Below, piece after piece: positions 1 to 11,047 of a DNA stretch of 32,000 bases. A model generated the notes under the pieces. That model was given only the letters and a program-made list of their open reading frames with translations, had not been told where the DNA came from and made no database searches. The position numbers and the translations under genes are program-made. Source of the DNA: Moraxella nasovis (GTDB lineage Bacteria; Pseudomonadota; Gammaproteobacteria; Pseudomonadales; Moraxellaceae); the NCBI RefSeq assembly GCF_022701215.1, contig NZ_CP089976.1:690001-722000 (forward strand). Direction: 5' to 3'. Positions within the stretch are counted from its first letter, which is position 1. Every line of letters starts with the position of its first letter.

Positions 1-160
1 ATACTTTCCTAATTTTTTCCCTAATTGTTTATTGTCTATTTTGAGAGCTGGAACATTGGTGATATTAATTGGTAAGTTTTTTACTGCTTTTGCAGTGTTT
101 TCACTGCCTTATTTTTACTATTATGTAAATATTTTTATCACAAAAAGGTAATTTTTATAA

Positions 161-375
161 TTTTTAAATAGATTTGCTGTCATTTTGGCAGAAAAAAAAT
201 CAGAGTTGCCGATGTGGTAAGAGCGACGGGTATGAGCAAGACGACTTTTCATAAGCTTTATAATGACGAGTCATCAAGAATTGATTTAGAGACCTTGGGT
301 AAGCTTTGTGAATTTTTAGAGATACAGGTGGGGAATATTTTTAAATATGCACCAAATGAATTACTAGATAAATAA
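161..375 (+). pseudogene. Small Cro/C1 (XRE)-type helix-turn-helix regulator, disrupted. The frame changes inside the A8 run at 192-199 and there is no ATG for a full-length frame.
   Basis: Frame 1 from 190 reads RKKIRVADVVRATGMSKTTFHKLYNDESSRIDLETLGKLCEFLEIQVGNIFKYAPNELLDK, with the stop at 373-375. That covers helix2-turn-helix3 plus the 'TL.KLC..L....G..F.Y' tail typical of 65-70 aa phage/island HTH proteins. The expected first helix (..NRFAVILAEKK) sits in frame 2 (161-199), and the two frames meet in the A8 tract. Frame 1 is closed upstream by TAG at 169-171. The first in-frame ATG (232) would delete helix 2. Confidence 0.5.
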
Positions 376-401
376 GGTAAAATTTAACTTTTAATAGCAA
401 T

Positions 402-524
402 GTGCCTAAATTAAAGTCGTGGTCATTTTAGCCATTCTTAAAACTCGCTAAAATTCATCTTAGGCACGTTTTAGGCACAAAAAAAAGGTACAAAGATTTT
501 TATGTTTAAACCTGTGTGCCTTAA
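402..524. repeat. Set of 8-mer sites: GTGCCTAA (402-409), TTAGGCAC x2 in direct 11-bp register (460-467, 471-478), and GTGCCTTAA (516-524). A nested inverted repeat TTTTAGC/GCTAAAA lies at 426-432 and 447-453.
   Basis: Read directly from the sequence. The sites lie between the HTH pseudogene and the tRNA-Gly terminator. Their function is unknown. Confidence 0.6.
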
Positions 525-589
525 AAAGGCTATGTGTATTGCTTGATAAGTATTTTATGCACTCTAAGTTACTAATGTTACACACAACA

Positions 590-620
590 AAAAAGCCACT
601 TTCATTAAAAGTGGCTTTTT
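590..620 (-). terminator. Rho-independent terminator downstream of tRNA-Gly. It is flanked by A-run and T-run on both sides, so it could act in both directions.
   Basis: The stem is AAAAGCCACTT (591-601) paired with AAGTGGCTTTT (609-619), with a 7-nt loop. On the minus strand it is followed by TTTTTTG. Confidence 0.7.
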
Positions 621-627
621 AAATATT

Positions 628-703
628 TGGAGCGGGAAACGAGATTCGAACTCGCGACCCCAACCTTGGCAAGGTTGTGCTCTACCAACTGAGCTATTCC
701 CGC
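628..703 (-). tRNA. tRNA-Gly (anticodon GCC)
   Basis: The reverse complement is GCGGGAATAGCTCAGTTGGTAGAGCACAACCTTGCCAAGGTTGGGGTCGCGAGTTCGAATCTCGTTTCCCGCTCCA (76 nt). It folds as a perfect cloverleaf: acceptor GCGGGAA/TTCCCGC, anticodon stem CAACC/GGTTG with loop TTGCCAA, T-arm GCGAG-TTCGAAT-CTCGT. The CCA end is encoded. Confidence 0.95.
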
Positions 704-730
704 TTATCAGCATTTGCTGTATGGGTGCGT

Positions 731-758
731 ATTATACCCACTTTTTAGGGTGTGTCAA
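731..758 (-). promoter_or_regulatory. Sigma70-type promoter for tRNA-Gly
   Basis: On the minus strand: TTGACA (758-753), a 16-nt spacer, then TATAAT (736-731). It lies about 28 nt upstream of the mature tRNA 5' end (703). Confidence 0.6.
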
Positions 759-792
759 TAGTTTTTTTAAGAAAATTTGATAATTATCCCGA

Positions 793-2991
<2,199 letters not shown>

Positions 2992-3160
2992 TTATGCTTA
3001 TAATGGCTTAAATTGTATCACAAGATTTGTGGTAATTTTGATCAGCTTTATATTTATCCATTATATAGTGAATAAACAACGCAACAAACTTTTTATTTGC
3101 CAAAATACCAAAAACCAAGTAAGCTAGACGAAGTTTTACATTACTTAATAAGGAAAAACC

Positions 3161-3511
3161 ATGACCGACGTCGCTCCAGAATTTCGCATCACCATCTCAG
3201 GGCAGATTACCCCAGAAGATGTTGAAAAATTGGCTAAAATGGGCGTAAAAACCCTGATCAATAACCGCCCTGATGGTGAAGCTGCTGACCAACCAACGTC
3301 AAGCCAGATTGAAGCTGCCGCCCATGCTCATGGCATCGCCTATAAGCAAATTGCCTTTTCTGGTGGCATGCTAGACATGAACCACGTTGAAGATTTTGCT
3401 GACTTTTTTAATTCAACCGAACGCCCGTTGCACATTTTTTGTCGCACAGGTAATCGTAGCAGTACCATCTTAGCGGCTGCCCGTGAGCGTGATTTGCTTG
3501 ATGAAGACTGA
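3161..3511 (+). CDS. DUF442 / TIGR01244-type phosphatase-like (sulfur-transferase-associated) small protein
   Basis: 116 aa. It has ISGQITPEDVEKLAKMGVKTLINNRPDGE..QP and the Cys loop CRTGNRS characteristic of this family. AGGA (3151-3154) sits 6 nt upstream of the ATG. Confidence 0.7.
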   Translation: MTDVAPEFRITISGQITPEDVEKLAKMGVKTLINNRPDGEAADQPTSSQIEAAAHAHGIAYKQIAFSGGMLDMNHVEDFADFFNSTERPLHIFCRTGNRSSTILAAARERDLLDED

Positions 3512-3598
3512 TATTTTTGGTAGTAGGCTTTATATTTATTAAGTAAAATTACCCAAAAAATGCTAAAATAGCATCAATTAAAACCAAATAAAGAGCCT

Positions 3599-4393
3599 AT
3601 GATGAATAAAAATATCCCCATTCTAACCGCTGATGAAATCCAAAAAATGCAAACTGCAGGACGCTTGGCTGCAGACGTGCTAAAAATGCTGGACAATCAT
3701 GTCAAGGCAGGCGTTAGCACAGGCAAGCTAGATGACCTCGCTCATGATTACATTGTAAACACCCAACATGCCATTCCTGCGTGTCTTGGCTATCACGGAT
3801 TTCCAAAATCTATCTGCACTAGCATTAACCACGTCGTCTGCCACGGTATTCCTGATCACGATCGCATTTTAAAAGATGGCGACATCATCAATATCGATGT
3901 TACCGTCATTAAAGATGGCTACTATGGCGACACATCAAAAATGTGGGTCATCGGCGAAGGGTCAATTATGGCACAGCGTATTTGCGACGTCGCCCAAAAA
4001 GCACTTTATGCGGGCATGAGCGTCGTCAAAGACGGTGCTTATCTTGGGGATATCGGAGCTGCCATTCAATCAGTCGTCGAGCCTGAACGCTTTAGTATCG
4101 TGCGTGAGTTCTGCGGACATGGACTGGGCAAAGAGTTTCACTGCGAACCACAAGTGCTACACTACGGCAAAAAAGGCACAGGCGTACAGCTTAAGTCAGG
4201 CATGGCAATCACCATTGAGCCAATGATTAACCAAGGCGTATGGCAAACCAAAGTGATGCAAGACGGCTGGACTGCCATCACCAAAGACCGTAAACTGTCT
4301 GCTCAGTGGGAGCATACATTAATTGTGACAGATAACGGCTGTATCGTTACCACAGCCAGAGATGATGAAGATCTTAGCTTTATCATTAGCTAA
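3599..4393 (+). CDS. map: Type I methionine aminopeptidase
   Basis: 264 aa. Motifs: CLGYHGFPKSICTSINHVVCHGIP; metal-ligand contexts NIDVTVIKDGYYGDTS, FCGHGLG, TIEPM and QWEHT. There are two adjacent ATGs (3599, 3602) after AAAGAG. Confidence 0.95.
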   Translation: MMNKNIPILTADEIQKMQTAGRLAADVLKMLDNHVKAGVSTGKLDDLAHDYIVNTQHAIPACLGYHGFPKSICTSINHVVCHGIPDHDRILKDGDIINIDVTVIKDGYYGDTSKMWVIGEGSIMAQRICDVAQKALYAGMSVVKDGAYLGDIGAAIQSVVEPERFSIVREFCGHGLGKEFHCEPQVLHYGKKGTGVQLKSGMAITIEPMINQGVWQTKVMQDGWTAITKDRKLSAQWEHTLIVTDNGCIVTTARDDEDLSFIIS

Positions 4394-4412
4394 AGCGACT
4401 ATGAAAGACACT

Positions 4413-4436
4413 AAACGGCTCAATCGGCCGTTTTTT
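4413..4436 (+). terminator. Rho-independent terminator after map
   Basis: AAACGGC (4413-4419) pairs with GCCGTTT (4427-4433), and the T-run extends to 4436. Confidence 0.7.
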
Positions 4437-4476
4437 ATTACTTATTATCATCTTAGTTTATCGCATAGAGATTGCC

Positions 4477-7281
4477 ATGTACCACCATGATTTTATAACA
4501 AGACTCAGTGAAAATCTATCATTAACGATACCGCCATTATCAGAGCATCAAGGCATTGCTAATGTCAATGCTAAAATCAAATCATGGCTAAATTTAGTTG
4601 ATAAAGCCATTGATGAACGCATGGTGCAGCTTGGATGGCATGGAGTAGACCAAATCAAGCAACTTGTGCAGCTACGCACCGCATGCGTTGATCATGCTTT
4701 AATCACACTGTTTAATACTCACAGTCTGCCAAACTGCCTTGCGATGTTTGCAGTCGGAGGCTATGGTCGTGGCGAGCTTTTACCGCAGTCAGATGTGGAC
4801 ATTTTATTGTTTGGTGAAGGCGTTGACGACAGCCAAGAAATCATCGAATCCTTTGTCGCAAGCCTATGGGACATTGGCATCACGCCTGCCATCTCGGTGC
4901 GAACGCCCGCCCAGACCAACCAAGCTATCCATGATCAGACCATCGCCACCGCCCTTTTAGAAGCTCGATTTCTTACAGGTAATAAAGACTTTATCGATCT
5001 ACCTAACCAACTCGTCACAGCAGCATGGCACGCTAAAGATTTTTTTAATGTTAAAATCAATGAGGCCAAAACTCGCTACCTATCACAAAACGCCACTGAG
5101 TACAATCTTGAACCAAACCTAAAGCTCTCCCCTGGTGCGTTACGAGATCTGCATATTATCATGTGGCTTGGCAAGTTCGTATTTAATGACGTACAGACAT
5201 GGTCAGACTTGGCAAAAGTAGGATTTTTAGACGCAGAAACCGTCACCAGCCTACAAGACGCTCAAGCATTCTTATGGTGTATGCGTCATCATCTGCACAC
5301 TTTGACTGGCAGACCAGAAGATCGTCTGCTGTTTGATCATCAAAAATCGCTTGCCATTCGTATGGGCTTTGCCACTTTACATGACGAACACACCAAAATC
5401 ACCCAAGCCTTAGAAGCGATGATGCGTCAGTACTATCGCCACGCCATGAAGCTTGCTGCACTGTCTAAGCTATTGTGTGCTTATTTTAATGAAAAATACC
5501 TAAACCCAACTTACGAGCGTCGTAAGCTTGATGATGATTTTTATCAGGTTCGTGAATTAACATCCCAAAATCACGCTACTACTAGCGTCATCATCTCAGA
5601 TAGTAGATCAGATAATAAGCCTAATAATGCTGCTTTTGAATGGCAAATTTGTGCAACTAATGCCAATTTATTCACCAAAAAACCTGATGCATTGCTACGC
5701 ATTTTCTTAGTCATGGGGCGTGAAAACATCAAACATATCCACGCCAGCACCCTAAAATCACTATACACCGCAAGCGATATAATTAACGAATCTTATCGCA
5801 ACAACCCCACTCATCAAGCATTATTTTTGGCAAATTTACAAGAAACTAATTTGCTGTTTCATCGCTTACGCACGATGGCTCGCTATGGCGTATTGTCAAG
5901 ATATTTACCAGATTTTGGTAAAATTACAGGGCTTATGCAGTACGACTTATTTCATCGCTACACGGTAGATGCTCACACCTTATTACTGCTACGGGTGCTA
6001 CATCGATTTGGCGATAAGCACAATGAGACTTACCAACAAAAATTTGGTTTAGTCAGTGAGATTTACCGTAACATTAACCGCAAAGATATCCTAGTTATCG
6101 CAGCACTTTTTCATGACATCGCCAAAGGACGTGGTGGCGATCACAGCCAGCTAGGAGAAGGGCTTTCTTATGAATTTTGTAAAAAACATGGCATGACCGA
6201 CGTTGATTCACAGCTTGTGGCGTGGCTTGTGCGTGAGCATCTCACCATGTCGCTTGCCGCCCAAAAAAAAGACATCTCAGACCCGCAAGTCATTGCTGAT
6301 TTTGCTGATTTTGTAGGCAGTATTACCCGACTAAATCATCTGTATGTTCTGACGGTCGCCGATATGAATGCCACCAACTCACAGCTATGGAATACGTGGC
6401 GAGCATCTTTATTAAAACAGCTGTATCTTAGCACTCGCCGAGTACTTAGTCTTGGGGCGTATGCTGCTGATAAGGACGTGGTGATTGATAATCGCAAACA
6501 AAAAGCCAAAGCCTTATTAGGCTCAATCAATGATACAGCTTTAGATAATTTATGGCGTGGGTTTGGTGAAGATTTCTTTTTAAAGCAAAAACACGCCGAC
6601 ATTGCTTGGCAATCTGAAGTGATTTTAGCTCATAAAACTCAGTTTTTAAAAAAAACACCCATCATCACACTCCAACATCACTCTGACTTAGCATTAGGGG
6701 CTGTTTCATTATTCATCTGCACCCAAAACCAAAATGACTTATTTGCTAAGACTGTCTGCGTACTTGATAAAATGGGACTGTCTGTACTTGATGCAACCAT
6801 CTTAACCGTTCATATTGATGGTGTGCCTGCCGCACTTGACGTCTATGTCCTACTTGACCGATTTGCAGCACAGCACGACAAAAATGACATTTTAAGCGAT
6901 TTTAACCGCCAAAACCAATTACAACAAAAACTTGTATCCGCTTTTGAGCAAACGAACTGCCCTGTGCCGACATGGGATTTTATCACTGATGGTAAATTAA
7001 AGCATTTTAGCGTACCCACCCAAGTGAATTTTGAGAAATCCAAATCCATTGCACGCCCTAACCAACACGCTATGACACTTATCACTAAGGATCGTCCCGC
7101 CCTACTTGCTAAAGTTGGCAGTGTCTTTAGCAAGCTTGATATCGAAGTGCACGGTGCTAGGATTACTACCTTAGGCGAACGGGCTGAAGATATGTTTTTT
7201 ATTAGTGGTGAAAATGGACAAGCTTTAGATGAAAAAATACTCACCACATTAAAATCTAACCTACTGACTGCTTTGCCATAA
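4477..7281 (+). CDS. glnD: Bifunctional [protein-PII] uridylyltransferase/uridylyl-removing enzyme
   Basis: 934 aa. It has the nucleotidyltransferase motif AVGGYGRGELLPQSDVDILL and the HD domain motif LFHDIAKGRGGDHS. Two C-terminal ACT-like segments are present (LFICTQNQNDLFAKTVCVLDKMGLSVLDA and LITKDRPALLAKVGSVFSKLDIEVHGARI). Confidence 0.9.
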   Translation: MYHHDFITRLSENLSLTIPPLSEHQGIANVNAKIKSWLNLVDKAIDERMVQLGWHGVDQIKQLVQLRTACVDHALITLFNTHSLPNCLAMFAVGGYGRGELLPQSDVDILLFGEGVDDSQEIIESFVASLWDIGITPAISVRTPAQTNQAIHDQTIATALLEARFLTGNKDFIDLPNQLVTAAWHAKDFFNVKINEAKTRYLSQNATEYNLEPNLKLSPGALRDLHIIMWLGKFVFNDVQTWSDLAKVGFLDAETVTSLQDAQAFLWCMRHHLHTLTGRPEDRLLFDHQKSLAIRMGFATLHDEHTKITQALEAMMRQYYRHAMKLAALSKLLCAYFNEKYLNPTYERRKLDDDFYQVRELTSQNHATTSVIISDSRSDNKPNNAAFEWQICATNANLFTKKPDALLRIFLVMGRENIKHIHASTLKSLYTASDIINESYRNNPTHQALFLANLQETNLLFHRLRTMARYGVLSRYLPDFGKITGLMQYDLFHRYTVDAHTLLLLRVLHRFGDKHNETYQQKFGLVSEIYRNINRKDILVIAALFHDIAKGRGGDHSQLGEGLSYEFCKKHGMTDVDSQLVAWLVREHLTMSLAAQKKDISDPQVIADFADFVGSITRLNHLYVLTVADMNATNSQLWNTWRASLLKQLYLSTRRVLSLGAYAADKDVVIDNRKQKAKALLGSINDTALDNLWRGFGEDFFLKQKHADIAWQSEVILAHKTQFLKKTPIITLQHHSDLALGAVSLFICTQNQNDLFAKTVCVLDKMGLSVLDATILTVHIDGVPAALDVYVLLDRFAAQHDKNDILSDFNRQNQLQQKLVSAFEQTNCPVPTWDFITDGKLKHFSVPTQVNFEKSKSIARPNQHAMTLITKDRPALLAKVGSVFSKLDIEVHGARITTLGERAEDMFFISGENGQALDEKILTTLKSNLLTALP

Positions 7282-7290
7282 CTTTAGGGT

Positions 7291-7319
7291 TTGCACCCAA
7301 GCTTATTTTTTGGTATAAT
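7291..7319 (+). promoter_or_regulatory. Sigma70-type promoter for ssrA
   Basis: TTGCAC (7291-7296), a 17-nt spacer ending in TGG, then TATAAT (7314-7319). It ends 12 nt upstream of the mature tmRNA 5' end. Confidence 0.6.
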
Positions 7320-7330
7320 CAAAAATCTAT

Positions 7331-7690
7331 GGGGATGTTTTGGCTTCGACGCTGGTAGCGAAACCTAATGATGCATGTCGAGTGAGTATGCCACTCGTAA
7401 ATAAAAATACAATTTAAAATAGTCGCAAACGACGAAACTTACGCACTAGCAGCCTAAGGGCTGTTTGGGTCGGCACAGATTGCCTTTGGTCTGGTTGCTC
7501 ACCTAGATGCGAACGCACAAAGGATAGCTTAATTTAGCGTTGCGATGAGTTAAGCGAAACTTTTAGCAAATCGTCCAATCCATCCTGACTGTCGGTTCGG
7601 TGCGGATTAAAGCCATAGACAGAATCTAAACATGTAGAGTCATAGACGTAGTGCTGGCGGACGCGGGTTCAACTCCCGCCATCTCCACCA
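7331..7690 (+). ncRNA. ssrA: tmRNA (SsrA), one-piece
   Basis: The 5' end GGGGATG pairs with the 3' CATCTCC-A-CCA, including the G3:U pair. The T-arm is GCGGG-TTCAACT-CCCGC. The internal tag reading frame GCA AAC GAC GAA ACT TAC GCA CTA GCA GCC TAA (7425-7457) encodes ANDETYALAA. The 5' part is collinear with E. coli ssrA (..TTCGACG..GCGAAAC..GCATG.CGAG..TAGTCGCAAACGACGAA). Confidence 0.95.
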
Positions 7691-7742
7691 CATACCTAAA
7701 TCGCTAAAAATCATTGAGTATTTTTAAGTATCATAAACTATC

Positions 7743-7770
7743 AAAAAGCCTTGTAAATCAAGGCTTTTTT
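7743..7770 (+). terminator. Rho-independent terminator about 50 nt downstream of ssrA
   Basis: AGCCTTG (7747-7753) pairs with CAAGGCT (7759-7765) around the loop TAAAT. It is preceded by an A-run and followed by a T-run to 7770. Confidence 0.7.
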
Positions 7771-7836
7771 ATTGTCTTATTGTATCTTGTGAAGTCGTGT
7801 TGTATCATAATATATAAACGAACACCAAACCATTTT

Positions 7837-7880
7837 ACACACAGATTCACACACAGCCACACACGAGATACACACACAGA
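7837..7880 (+). repeat. Four CACACA-core repeats at 10-13 bp spacing
   Basis: The copies are ACACACAGAT, TCACACACAGCC, ACACACGAGAT and ACACACACAGA, with cores starting at 7838, 7848, 7858 and 7871. The run ends at the ATG of the integrase stub. Confidence 0.6.
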
Positions 7881-8042
7881 ATGCTTACCGACAACAAAAT
7901 TAAAGGGCTAAAACCCACCGAAAAACGCTATTCGCTATCAGCAGGTGAAGGCTTGTCTATTGAAGTTATGCCAAGCGGTCGCAAATCATGGGTATTAGAA
8001 TACACCACCCTTACAAGCGTGTTCGCTATTATCCAAAGTTAA
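7881..8042 (+). pseudogene. N-terminal fragment (53 codons) of a P4-type tyrosine integrase (arm-binding DUF4102-type domain). The catalytic domain is missing.
   Basis: The translation is MLTDNKIKGLKPTEKRYSLSAGEGLSIEVMPSGRKSWVLEY.., matching the conserved start of P4/CP4-57-type integrases (LTD.KI..LKP..K.Y...D..GL.L.V.P.G.K.W...Y). The resemblance stops at about 8003, and TAA follows at 8040-8042. The position directly downstream of ssrA and the same orientation resemble intA at E. coli ssrA. Confidence 0.7.
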
Positions 8043-8368
8043 TTTATCGTCATACACGGGCAAACCAGCACGCTCTTTGTGCCACCCTTTGTGACCATAC
8101 AAATGCCACAAATAGCCCCGCCTTACACTGATATTGGCTTGATTACTGCCCTATGGGCTGCTATCCCCCGCCAAATACGGCTATCCATCCTGCTTGACAA
8201 ATAAAACACAAATGACTTGATTAGGATTTGTACGCAAATTCTATGCTGTTACACCCTACCAATGCTGCCCAACACAACCAAAATAGATTTGCAATTTGTA
8301 TTCATACCCATCTGCACTTGGTTGACAATATCATAAGGCACAAATTTCATGACAAAACAAGTCAATCA

Positions 8369-11047
8369 TTACTCACTTACCCACTTTCCTTTTCTCCACA
8401 CGAGTGCAAACTTAGTTGCCTTACCGTCTTTTTCTGAGCCGATATACTGCTCAGCATTTTTGCGAGACCACCGTAAAATGGTAGGATTGCCATCATCATC
8501 CGTGTCTGGTGCGTCAAACAGATAGTGAAATTTTGGCTCAAGCTCATCTTTAATGGCTCTAAGCTCGCTAAGCTTTGGTGGGCGAGTTTCACGCACTTTG
8601 GGGAATTTGCTTGCCGCCAAAAACAGTCCTGCTGCCCCTTCACGCAAGATATAATGATCGTCAAATTTTTGTGAGCGTAAGTTTGGCATGTTAATAGGGG
8701 TCATGCGTGGCGGAGCAGGTTCGCCATTTTTTAGTACTTTTCTGGTATTATCGCATTTTTGGCAGGCAAAATATGCTCCAAACCGCCCTGTTTTTAACAC
8801 CATTTGCCCATCGCATTTGTTGCAGTCTATGCTTGGTGCATCCGCATTACCGTCTTTAATCTCAAACACGCCTTTTTCTAACACATAGCCATCACAGTCA
8901 GGGTTATTGCCACAAACGTGCAATTTTAATCCACCATCCACGATGTAACCATCCATAGCAGTGTTGCACTTAGGGCAGCGTTTTTTCTCAAGCAAGGCGT
9001 TAACTTCGTCTGTTTCATCATCGGCAGTTTGATTGGCGAAGGCTTCTACAGGCATGAGATTTTTTGTGCCTTTACAGCGTTCTTTAGGCGGTAGGTTATA
9101 GCCTGTACAGCCTAAAAATACGCCCGTTCCCCCTGTACGAATTTGCATAGGACGAGAGCATAAATCGCAATGCACATCAGGCACGTCGGTAGGGTCGTTA
9201 GGCTTCATACCATCTTTGGTTTTGGCAATGTCAAGCTTAGTTTTAAAGTCACCATAAAACTCATCAAGCACGCCTTTATAAGGGCGTATGCCTTGTGCCA
9301 CGTCATCTAATTTGTCTTCTAAATGAGCAGTAAAGGTGTAATTCATCAAATCAGGAAAACTACCTACCAAGCGATCGGTTACAATTTCGCCCATTTTTTC
9401 GGCAAATAGGCGTTTATTTTCAAGCTTGACATAGCCACGCTCTTGGATGGTCGAGATGATACTGGCATAAGTGGACGGTCTGCCAATGCCACGTTTTTCA
9501 AGCTCCTTAACAAGGCTGGCTTCAGTGTAGCGGGCAGGCGGCTTTGTAAAATGCTGACTTGGAATAATATTATCCACCACGAGTGCATCGCCAATCTTAA
9601 CATCAGGCAGTAATACATCATCTGACTTAGCGGGGGGCTGTACTTTAGTATAACCATCAAAAGTCATGACCCGCCCCTTGGCACGAAGCTCCACGTCAGC
9701 TGCCATCACCGTTAAAGTTAAGGACTGATACTTGGCAGGGAGCATTTGACACGCCACGAATTGTCGCCAAATCAGCTCATACAGACGCTGAGCATCTCTA
9801 TCCATATCCCTTAATTGGCTTGAAAGCACTGTAACATGAGAAGGTCGAATGGCTTCGTGAGCCTCTTGGGCATTTTGTTTATTGCCATAGGCATTGGGCG
9901 ATTTTGGCAAATATTGCTGCCCAAATTGACTGTCAATATAATCTCGCACGCCATTAATGGCATCTTTTGATAAAAAAGTGCTATCAGTACGCATATAAGT
10001 AATATGCCCTGCCTCATACAGACGCTGGGCAAGCATCATGGTTTTTTTGACATTAAAGCCAAGCCGTGTGCTTGCCGACTGCTGCAAGGTAGATGTGATA
10101 AAAGGAGCAGATGGCTTAGACTGAGTGGGTTTGGCTTCGGTATTTGATACGATAAAATCAGCACTTTGCAAAATATCGACAATCTTTTGCGTTTGAGTTT
10201 CATTAACAAGCTGTAATGCTTGACCTTGATACTTAAGTGCTTCTAAATTGATGGCTTGTTTTGAGTTTTTTGGGTGCGTGTCTGCATGAATTTGCCAATA
10301 CTCAGTTGGAGTGAAAGCACGAATTTCACGTTCACGTTCCACCACAAGACGCGTCGCCACCGACTGCACACGCCCTGCCGATAAGCCACGAGCGACTTTC
10401 GCCCATAAAAGGGGGGATACCATAAAGCCAACCACACGATCTAAAAAACGGCGGGCTTGCTGGGCATTGACACGGTCATAATTAAGTGTGCTTGGCTGAT
10501 TAAAAGCATCTTGAATGGCGTTTTTGGTAATCTCATTAAACACCACTCGGCTGTATTTGCCATCATCACCGCCAATGGTTTCTTTTAGATGCCATGCGAT
10601 CGCTTCACCTTCTCTATCCAAGTCGGTCGCAAGATAAATGTGGCTTGCATCTTTGGCAAGTGTTTTTAGCTCTTTGATAACTTTGGTTTTAGCAGGTAAG
10701 ATTTCATAGTGGGCGATCCAGTCGTGTTCAGGATCTACGCCCATACGTCTCACGAGTGCGTTTTGGGCTTTTTGCTCACGGCTAAGCCCTGTTTCGTCAG
10801 GTTTTACTGACTTACCTGTGCCTGATACAGGCAAATCACGCACATGACCTACGCTTGAGCGGACAACATAATCTGACCCTAAATATTTGTTGATCGTCTT
10901 AGCCTTAGCAGGTGATTCGACAATCACTAATGCCTTGCCCTTGGCTGATGCCGATGACTTTACTGCAACAGATTTACTTGTCGTTGTTTTTTTACCCTTA
11001 CTGACGGTGTTTTTGGTACGTGAACTGGGTTTTTTTGGGAGTGCCAT
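8369..11047 (-). CDS. topA: DNA topoisomerase I
   Basis: 892 aa. The TOPRIM region starts [20 protein letters not shown], and the active-site Tyr context is [11 protein letters not shown]-terminal Cys4 zinc-ribbon repeats are present (CDLCSRPM.., CPKCNTAM.., CNKCDGQM.., CQKCDN). The ATG at 11045-11047 is preceded by AAGGT. Confidence 0.95.
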   Translation of the reverse strand: MALPKKPSSRTKNTVSKGKKTTTSKSVAVKSSASAKGKALVIVESPAKAKTINKYLGSDYVVRSSVGHVRDLPVSGTGKSVKPDETGLSREQKAQNALVRRMGVDPEHDWIAHYEILPAKTKVIKELKTLAKDASHIYLATDLDREGEAIAWHLKETIGGDDGKYSRVVFNEITKNAIQDAFNQPSTLNYDRVNAQQARRFLDRVVGFMVSPLLWAKVARGLSAGRVQSVATRLVVEREREIRAFTPTEYWQIHADTHPKNSKQAINLEALKYQGQALQLVNETQTQKIVDILQSADFIVSNTEAKPTQSKPSAPFITSTLQQSASTRLGFNVKKTMMLAQRLYEAGHITYMRTDSTFLSKDAINGVRDYIDSQFGQQYLPKSPNAYGNKQNAQEAHEAIRPSHVTVLSSQLRDMDRDAQRLYELIWRQFVACQMLPAKYQSLTLTVMAADVELRAKGRVMTFDGYTKVQPPAKSDDVLLPDVKIGDALVVDNIIPSQHFTKPPARYTEASLVKELEKRGIGRPSTYASIISTIQERGYVKLENKRLFAEKMGEIVTDRLVGSFPDLMNYTFTAHLEDKLDDVAQGIRPYKGVLDEFYGDFKTKLDIAKTKDGMKPNDPTDVPDVHCDLCSRPMQIRTGGTGVFLGCTGYNLPPKERCKGTKNLMPVEAFANQTADDETDEVNALLEKKRCPKCNTAMDGYIVDGGLKLHVCGNNPDCDGYVLEKGVFEIKDGNADAPSIDCNKCDGQMVLKTGRFGAYFACQKCDNTRKVLKNGEPAPPRMTPINMPNLRSQKFDDHYILREGAAGLFLAASKFPKVRETRPPKLSELRAIKDELEPKFHYLFDAPDTDDDGNPTILRWSRKNAEQYIGSEKDGKATKFALVWRKGKWVSE

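Noticed and set aside
6843-7247. 134-aa minus-strand ORF inside glnD, plus the many 60-95 aa ORFs nested in fadH, topA, ftsK, murD, rapA, comM, trxB, gph, map and the PII gene
   Set aside because: All lie wholly inside long ORFs with strong family motifs on the other strand or in another frame. None has a convincing SD or a known motif.
7714-7911. 65-aa ORF (TTG start) across the ssrA terminator and the CACACA repeats; also the 69-aa ORF at 8228-8437
   Set aside because: The first is produced by reading through a terminator hairpin and a CA-repeat (giving THTHS-type low complexity). The second overlaps the 3' end of topA. Neither has an RBS.
8161-8180. Possible attR-type direct repeat of the ssrA 3' end (shared CCCGCCA)
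   Set aside because: Only 7 nt match, which is far too short to distinguish from chance.
7996-8187. Minus-strand peptides MDSRIWRGIAAHRAVIKPISV and RRGYLWHLYGHKGWHKERAGLPVYDDKL.., a possible integrase C-terminal remnant (AH..., RR.L..W..Y)
   Set aside because: The resemblance to the integrase C-terminus (..AH....V..AY.R...L..RR.LM..W..YL) is loose. It needs a frameshift and lies on the opposite strand from the N-terminal stub. I cannot support it without an alignment search, so the region is left as unassigned remnant DNA.
10930-11047. 37-aa Lys/Ser/Thr-rich N-terminal extension of TopA before the TOPRIM start
   Set aside because: There is no alternative start closer to [13 protein letters not shown], and the ATG has an SD. 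As far as I recall, basic N-terminal tails on TopA occur in related genera. It is probably a normal lineage feature.
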